Positions 10,955 through 64,000 of a stretch of DNA of 64,000 bases are shown piece after piece (the first letter of the stretch is position 1; every line of letters begins with the position of its first letter). Made by a program: the position numbers and the translations under genes. A model generated the notes under the pieces. The model saw nothing but the letters and a program-made list of their open reading frames with translations, was not told the DNA's origin and did no database searches. The stretch is from the NCBI GenBank assembly GCA_951406725.2, contig OX597815.1:85374001-85438000 (forward strand), given 5' to 3'. Source of the stretch: Octopus vulgaris (taxonomy: Eukaryota).

Positions 10955-11463
10955 CTAGCAGTATCGCCCGGCGTTGCTCGGGTTTGTAAGGGAAATAACT
11001 ATATAAGCATTTTTAGAGAGTTACTTCCCTTATAGATGCCAATTCGGGCTTTCTTAGCCATTTCTGTTTTGGTGTCTTCAAGCCATGAAGTCGTTGTTCT
11101 AAAAGAACGCTGGTCTCCTTGACAACGCTTTACGACGTTGATTTTCTTACACTCCCTTCCCCACAGCTTCACGAGGGAGGGAAGAAGGGGGAGAAGCAAA
11201 CAGGTGCAGGTGTGACCATGGACGCCAACTCCGCCGCCATCGACAAACGAAAAATTATGCATTAAAATGGAATAAAAAATGATGTTAAATTATTTTTAAA
11301 ATCGTAGACTCATCGTAGACACGCGCTAATACTCAGACGGGCTCGATATGAATCACGACTATAAGATACCCGAATTTGGTTAAACTGCACCGCAAAATGT
11401 GGGAGTAGTTAGGAATCTAAATCGAAGGGGACAGACACTCACACAACTAGAGTTTTATATAGA
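10955..11463 (-). mobile_element. Non-autonomous Helitron, copy 2 (head-to-tail with copy 1)
   Basis: 5' TCTATATAAAA, subterminal GC hairpin, 3' CTAG; inserted between A and T. Confidence 0.8.
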
Positions 11464-12014
11464 TATATATACTTCTAATATAGGATAAAATCCCCTCCCC
11501 CCAAAAAATCTTCATCAAAGTGGCCAGCATAGTAAAATACCTTTAAAGGTGAAAATTATAAACAAGGGCAAAAGAAAATTATTTCTATGCCAATATGCTG
11601 AGAATAGACTTTAAATCGCCAATCACCACATTACAATTATACATTCACCATGAAACATATATATATAAGACTGTGCACCCACAAGCAAAATTGACTCGAT
11701 CAAAATAAAATATTAATCTCTAGTATGGCATCGAGTACTATTTCTTTAGACAGTCAACACTAAACGATATATTTATGTTTTTGTATGCGCGTGTAAACAT
11801 TCGTATACAGCAAGTGTTAAAATGAAATTGAAACAAACCAGATAAAAAGCAGAAAACACTTAATAGCGACTAGTTGTTGTTACTATAGTGAGGCATATTA
11901 TTTTAACAGGAAGTTGTTGGTAGATTACCAAGTCACTTCGTTGTGAAGAGGGTGTCGAAAACTTTACCCATAATTCTCTGATGTTCCGCCTTCTCCACTC
12001 CGTGTGGCGTGGAA

Positions 12015-57271
<45,257 letters not shown>

Positions 57272-57543
57272 TGTCAAAAGCAAAAAGATAGGGCAGTCCA
57301 TACTGCAAACAACAAACTTTAGCAGATAATGATATTAATGATGATGATGATGATGATTCTGTGTCAGAAAGGGAAGTATGAAGAAATTGCTGTCAGGTAT
57401 AAGGACTGTGGTCTTGTCTTTCCTCTGCAATGTTATTACTCAATAATAGCGTACATAACTATGAACAAGTAGACATTGCGTCCCTTGATCTACCACCATC
57501 ACAACCACAAATAATACTTTAGATTTTTTTCTTCTCACCACAA

Positions 57544-58080
57544 AATAAATGTTCCTATTTGATCGGGTGCATGTCTAGAAACAAACTTTGTCTCTCGTAT
57601 ATTCTTCACGCTGCAGTTCCTTATTCTGATCTTTTTGATGATGAGAGCCCAACTCTGCTCATCACTTCATATTAACACCTTTTAGTTTCAACTTATGATT
57701 TGAGAAAACAAAAACTATTATATAAAAAAAAAACATTTGTGTTTTATTATCTTTATCTCTCTTTTTATGTATCTCTTCTGCATCTTTTCTCCTACTCCCT
57801 ATATATATCTCTTATTTCTAACTTAGAAGTCTCTTGAGTGTTCCTCTCATTTTCATACTCCCCTCATCTCTTTTTTTCCATCCCACCTTGTCTCTACTTT
57901 AGTTTCTTCTCAAGCTTGTCTCTTGTTTAGTTCTCTTTTCCTACTTCACTCTATCTAGCTCTTGTGACTTTAACTCTGTTAACAATGAAATTATTAAATC
58001 AACAAAAGAAACCTGTATCAGTCTTTTATCTAAATATTTGTTGTGTTTTCTTTTTTCCTTTTTAACGTTATGTTTTTTTT
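57544..58080 (+). terminator. Candidate DHX15 polyadenylation signals
   Basis: AATAAA at 57544-57549; ATTAAA at 57993-57998 followed by a T/GT-rich tract at ~58035-58080. Confidence 0.45.
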
Positions 58081-59264
58081 GCATTCTAGAACTTATAGTT
58101 TGTGTGTATAAATTTAATACATGCTAATGAAAGCAGCTCAGGAAGTAGCCTATGCTAAGCTTGAGGTGAATTTACTGAAACTCATCTCAGACTAAATATA
58201 TCATTGCCATGTCTTTAATATAGGCGTAGAACATTACAAGCTTTGATACCCATGTATTATGATAATACTTTGACAAGGAACAACTGAACTTCATTAGACC
58301 ATACAATATATTAGGTAGTTTCTTCTGTTTAACTTATATTTGTTTTTGTGTTAATTGCCATCTCAAATCCATAAGATCATATTAGTAACAATTATGCGAT
58401 ACATACAGTAGATTGTATCATTATCCTGTATCGTAATGAATAACTGCTAAATTAGTCAGCCAAGCAGAGTTATTTGCCTTGTGACAACATAATAGTTTGA
58501 TAAACCTTATTTATGGCCCATTACAATTGTATTTCAAGCAATTATTTTATATCTAAAATAATATCTTGCAGTATGTATTATTATTGGACTGTATGGATAC
58601 AACACATTGATAACAGATTTTAGAGTTGCCATTACTGTATTGTTGTTGTTCAAGTAAACCACATTCGTTCATGATTGTTGTCTCTGAACAATCCATCAAC
58701 TTTCTTACACATTTAAAATCATTTATGGATTCTGTTAGATATTTTTTTCCCAGAAAATGCATCATATTGTTAGCTAAATGACACTTGATAAAGTTAGGCT
58801 TAAGCCCTATAATCTAGAGGCAAATAACTGTCATTGCTGTAAAAGAGCTTTTAGTCATGATGGTTAGTGTTGTACATCTAAAATGCAATGTTTAATTTTT
58901 TTCCCCTTCTGCTGTCAGAATGATGGAGTTGATGGGAGTGGTCTGTGACAGTCCTCATGTATGAGTTCACAAATTAAGAAAAATCTCTGGTGTTTCGTTG
59001 CCTAGAACTAATTTTCAACTGCAGGGCATTTTGCTTCTTACCCTAAAGATTCTACCACTACTGCTACTTGTTTTGTATAATAGGCTGAAGGCCAGCAATT
59101 TTGAGAAGAGGAAATTAATTGATACCTGTATTTGACTCTACTTCATTTTGTCGACTTTTAAAGGGTGAAAGACACTTGATTCGAGCAGAAATTGAACTCA
59201 GAATGTAAAGAGCCAGAATACTTCAGTATTTTTTCCCCCGATGCTCTTATGATTTTACTAACTT

Positions 59265-59486
59265 GCTGCCGTGGCTGATGCTGGTGTTGTGCAACTGGCA
59301 CCTGTGCCTGTGGCATATAAAACGCACCCACTACACTCTTGGAGTGATTGGCATTAGGAGGGGCGTCCAGCCAGTGAAACTATGCCAAATCAGATTGGAA
59401 CCTGGTGCAGCTCCCCAGCTTATTGGTTTTCAGTCAAACCATCCAACCTGTGCCAGCATGGAAAAAGGAGACGCTAGATGATGATG
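59265..59486 (+). mobile_element. RTE 3'-tail fragment (many other copies, e.g. 14830-14980, 15715-15850, 28415-28550, 31750-31885, 60180-60350, 60735-60912)
   Basis: ggcattaggagggcgtccagc..cctggtgcagc..gccagcatggaa..(GAT)n, same as the 3' end of the RTE at 61419. Confidence 0.7.
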
Positions 59487-60928
59487 AAGGGAAATCAGTG
59501 TTTCTTTATTAAGACATTATTGAGAATTGTACTAGTTGATGCCTAAGACCTTTGTGTGAGATCTCAGTGTCACAACTGTATCGTACAGTTTCAGTCCATT
59601 CTGAAGAAGGTTGTTTATAACAGTGTTAGTTCCAGATTGGCCATGAGTTTGCTACATTATAACATCTCTTGTATTGCTACTGTTGGTATAAATTTTGAAG
59701 TAATGATAGGCTTGTAGTTAGTGTCATCATTAGTGCATCTACCAAAATTCAAAGCCCACTTAAAAATTCGGCTTTGATGGTCACTAGAAATTTCAGTCTA
59801 TGGATACTAGCATGACAACACGATCAAGTAAAACCTGGCTGGTTGTATGACATAGCTTATTGTAGCTCACATTGTTATGGGTTTTTCTTTGTTGCAAACA
59901 ATTCTATGGCTGAGAACTAGATCGAACAATAAAATTTGGTTTTCACAAAGGAGGACTATGTAATACATTAAACTGACCTTCTTACATCACTAGTAATTTT
60001 ATTAACTGCAAAGTAATGATGCCTCAAATCGAACCAGACGAGTTTTGAACCCAGATTAAGAGTGACAAGACTATTACTATAACATGTTTAGAGTGATACT
60101 GCATCTCAATGGATGAACTATTCTTGTCTTGCTGCCTTGAGATGCTGTATATGATGCATTGATGCATGCATGTATGTAAATATCATTTAATGTCGTTTTA
60201 CATGCTGGCGTGGGTTTGACAGTTTGGTAAGAGCTGGAAAGCTACCCATGCTTCACTTGTTTGTTTTGGCACGGTTTCTCCAGCTGGATGCTCTTCCTAA
60301 CGCCAACTACTTTATAATGTACTGAGTGCATTTCTATGTGGTACTGAAACTGGTGTTTATGTGTTTGTTTTGAATTTCTGCAGTTAGTTGATGAGAATTC
60401 AGTTGTTCAATCAACTGACTTTTTCTGTTCCTGAATAAACATGTAAGTTGCTGACCATTTTATAAACACGTGATGTTATTCTTAACGTAATTACTGCACA
60501 GAATGAGCCTCGCACATTGTGTGACAAGGATGTACCATTTGAATTACAGGTATAATCTGCTCAATCCGCAGCTATGCAGTTTCCAGCTATCCAATTTCAC
60601 TGAAGGCTTGGGTTAATGTAAAGCTATAGGAAATGACATTTACTCATGGTATCACGTACTGGGACCGCACCTCTGGTCCCTCGACACTGTGAAGCAAATT
60701 TCTTAACTATTCAGTCACACTGTACCAACATTATTCATCAACATTTAATGTCTTTTGTCCATGATGGCATGGGTTAGACGGTTTAACCAGGGCCGGGAAG
60801 CTGGAAGGCTGCACCATACTCTAGTCATATTTGGCATGGTTTCTTCGGCTAGATGCCCTTTCTAATGCCAATCACTCTGAGAGTGTAATGGGTACTTTTA
60901 TGTGCCACCCGTGACACTGCGATTTTTC

Positions 60929-61156
60929 TAATAATAATAATAATGACGCCTTTCTACTAAAGGCACAAGTTCTGAAATTTTGTTTGAGGGCACTATTCAA
61001 TTACATCGACCTCAGAGTACTTAATTTATCGACCCTGAAAAGATGAAAGGCAAAGTCGACCTCGGCGGAATTTGAACGCAGAACGTGAAGGCGGACGAAA
61101 TACCATTAAGCATTTTTTCTCAGCGTAATAACGATTCTTCTGGCTTGACATCTTAA
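60929..61156 (-). mobile_element. tRNA-derived SINE family B, CpG-intact copy
   Basis: Minus strand: gttcaaattccgccgaggtcgactttgcctttcatc..gggtcgataaattaagtac..(ATT)n. Confidence 0.75.
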
Positions 61157-61165
61157 TGATTTCAA

Positions 61166-64000
61166 TTATTTGCCACAGAGGCGAAGGATGAGCGGGCCAA
61201 TATAGAGACAGACATAAAGTGAGACATTCATAGCATACAAAGGTACAAAAAGAAGTGTGGTGGGGTGGCAGGAGGATGATAGAGATGTGGCCCTCCTGAT
61301 ACAGGAACACCTAGGGATAATCAAGGAACACCACTGTCCGAGATTTCCCTGAAACCCTATGAGCCAGGGTGCTCTCCAATTCCTTCTACAGGTCTACACT
61401 TAGCGAGGTACCATCCATCATCATCATCATAACATGCTGGCATGGGTTAGACGGTTTGACTGAGGACTAGTGAGCCTGGTGGCTGCACCAGGCTCCAATC
61501 TGATCTGGCAGAGTTTCTACTGCTGGATGCCCTTCCTAACGCCAACCACTCCGAGAGTTTAGTAATTGCTATTTACGTGCCACCGGCTCGAGAGCCAGTC
61601 AGGCGGCACTGGCAATGGTCACGCTCGAATGGTGCCTTTTACGTGCGACCGGCACGGGAGTCAATCAGGCGGTACTGTCATTGGCCACGACAGTGACTTC
61701 ACTTGACTCAACAGGTCTTTGCAAGCGCAGTTTATTGCCCAATGATTGAAGGGTACTCTTAGATGGGCCGGTTATGTTGCACTAGCATAGGCCACGATTA
61801 CGGTCTCACTTGGCTTGCCGGGTCTTCTCAAGTGCAGCATATCTCCAAAGGTCTCGATCACTTGTCATCGCCTCCGTGAGGCCCAACGTTCGAAGGTGGT
61901 GCTTCACCACCTCATTCCAGGTCTTCCTGGGTCTACCTCTTCTGCAGGTTCCCTCAACTGTTAGGGTGTGACACTTTTTCACACAGCTGTTCTCATCCAT
62001 GCACAACACATGACCATACCAGCGCAGTCGTCTCTCTTGCACACCACATATGATGCTTCTTAAATCCAACTTTTCTCTCGGTGCTTACATGCTGTCGTGT
62101 GTGCACACTGACATTATGCATCTAGCGGAGCATACTAGCTTCATTCCTTGCAAGCTTACGCATGTCCTCAGCAGTTACGGCCCATGTTTCACTGCCATGT
62201 AGCATGGCTGTTCGCACACATGCGTCATATAGTCTACCTTTTATTCTGAACGAGGGGCCCTTTGTCACCAGCAGAGGTAGGAGCTTTCTGGACTTTGCCC
62301 AGGCTATTCTTATTCTAGCAGCTACACTCTCAGAGCATCCACCTCCGCTACTGATTTGGTCACCTAGGTAACGGAAGCTATTAACTATTTCTAGTTTTTC
62401 TCCCTGTCATGTGACGAAAGCTGATTTCTGCACATTTTCAGTGCTTATTGCCTTTGAACATTTGCCACACACAAAAACTATCTTCCCAGTTAGCCTTCCT
62501 TTGATATTGCTGCACCTCTTCTGTGTCCATAGCTTACACCGGGTACATCTTATGGAGTTTCTACCTACACTTTTTCTACAGATCGAGCAGGGCCATCTAC
62601 CTGAAGAGATTTGTGACTTGTCTGCCTTCCTACTTTAAGACTTTGGTTTTTGCTACATTAACTCTAAAGCCCTTCGATTCTAGACCTTGCTTCCACACCT
62701 GAATAAGAGGGAGCTGAGGACTGATCTTTGGTGGACCCCTACTTCTACCCGGAATTCTTCACTACACTCGTTGCCAACCCTCACCTTACTGACAGCATCC
62801 CTGTACATGGCTCGTACAGCTCTCACCAACCATTATATATCACTAGTTTCCGTATTGACCACCAGATAATGGATCGGGGGAACCTGTCAAAAGCTTTCTC
62901 CATGTCAACGAAAGCCAGGTACAGAGGTTTATCTTTGGCTAGGTATTTCTCCTGCAGTTGTCTTACCAGAAATATGGCATCAGTGGTGTTTTTCCCTGGC
63001 ATAAACTCAAACTGCATCTCCTCTAAACTGACTCTCTCCCTAATTAGTTGGGCTATGACCCTCTTCTTGACTTTCATTACCTGATACCTCTATAATAATT
63101 CGTATCTAATACATCACCTTTGTAGCAGTTTACTATGGTACAGCTACACCAGTCATTGGGTATCACTCTTTCATGTATCACTTGATTGACTATGCAGGTG
63201 ACTAAATTATAGCCGACACCACCAGATATTTTAAGCATCTCTCTGGTGATTCCTGATGGCCCGGGGGCTTTCCCTGTCTTTATTCCCTTTTCGCAACTTT
63301 CACCCACCTTTCGATAAATTCACTCGTGGACAGAACTTCCCTCTCCACTCTCAATGTCCTTTTCAAGTGAAACTTCAAAAGTCAATCAAAGAAGAATGTA
63401 TTTGTCCTCATGCCTTTCAATCTTGTCCACCAAACAACCTCTTTCGCCACAGCTACCAGGCAAAGGAAAACTGTCTTGCCTGCCCGATTGAAGGAGGGCG
63501 GTGATACAATCATCACTACAGACTCGACCGACAGACGGATCCGTCCCACTCGGGACAGGACAGCAGCTGTTCAACATAATCCTACAAGTCAGCAATGCCC
63601 AGACACTGAACGAAGGCGTGCAGAACTGTTTCGTCACTCTGTGCGCACCTCGGACAAGTCAGTCTGATCGCGCATCCGTGCCTGTAGTGCTTGCTCGAAT
63701 CGGTAGCGCCCCCTGGTAGCACTGCCAGGCCAAGGACATCTGGAAATTATCCATGGTAGTTCCTGACCGGAAAGTCCCCCGGAACAGGCTAGCCAGTTCA
63801 TTCTCGTCGGCGCCCAGAGTCTCCCCGAGAACGTCGTTGCACTTTCCTGCCACTAATCCTCTAAAAATTTCTAAAGCGGAATATCCACCGATTCCATTGC
63901 CCGGCTGGTAGAGGGTTGTAGACGCCTGACGATATTCTATGTGCCAGGCGCCCAGTCTCGGTCTTTTCTTCACCAGGACTGCAGCTCCGTCAAGGTGACG
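61166..64000 (-). mobile_element. Tx1/L1-clade LINE 3' region, interrupted by an RTE insertion and running off the window edge
   Basis: LAWQCYQGALPIR..CPRCAQSDETVLHAFVQC (CCHC knuckle)..ERWVKVAK at 63288-64000. Putative continuation MDGTSLSVDL* and a 3' UTR ending gtggcaaataa at 61166-61418. Confidence 0.72.
61419..63287 (-). mobile_element. 5'-truncated RTE-clade LINE (dead), with PHD-like insert in RT
   Basis: GKAPGPSGI, QFEFMPGKNTTDAIF, AFVDMEKAFDR, GVHQRSVLS, FRYLG, RRLRWYGHV..RRGRPRKTW; (GAT)n tail; YADD segment deleted. Confidence 0.92.

Noticed and set aside
57639-57664. 3' UTR hairpin TGATGAG/CTCATCA as a SECIS or snoRNA element
   Set aside because: Only a 7-bp stem, no SECIS quartet/apical AA layout, no C/D pairing, and DHX15 has no in-frame UGA.

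Overview
Animal genomic DNA, AT-rich and dense in (TA)n/(CA)n microsatellites. The SINE, RTE, Penelope and Helitron repeat landscape suggests a coleoid cephalopod, probably Octopus (inference). The window holds one host gene: a complete 13-exon DHX15/Prp43 DEAH-box spliceosomal helicase on the + strand (ATG 12015 to TGA 57271, 2208 nt CDS, 735 aa, all introns GT-AG, phases checked by hand). The rest is transposon debris: a Penelope-like element with a hammerhead ribozyme, two mariners, RTE and Tx1/L1 LINEs (nested), Helitrons, a Merlin-like foldback element, and tRNA-derived SINEs. The most interesting signal lies in DHX15 introns 9-11. Exon 10 is flanked on both sides by dense arrays of branch-point-like CTAAY motifs, each tied to alternative acceptors that introduce premature stops. 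A GC-rich, possibly bistable hairpin sits between branch point and acceptor, intron 9 has an atypical donor, and exon 10 keeps synonymous CpGs. Together these look like a splicing-based autoregulatory sensor for a helicase that itself proofreads branch-site/3' splice-site choice. This model is inferred from sequence alone and needs RNA-seq and conservation tests.
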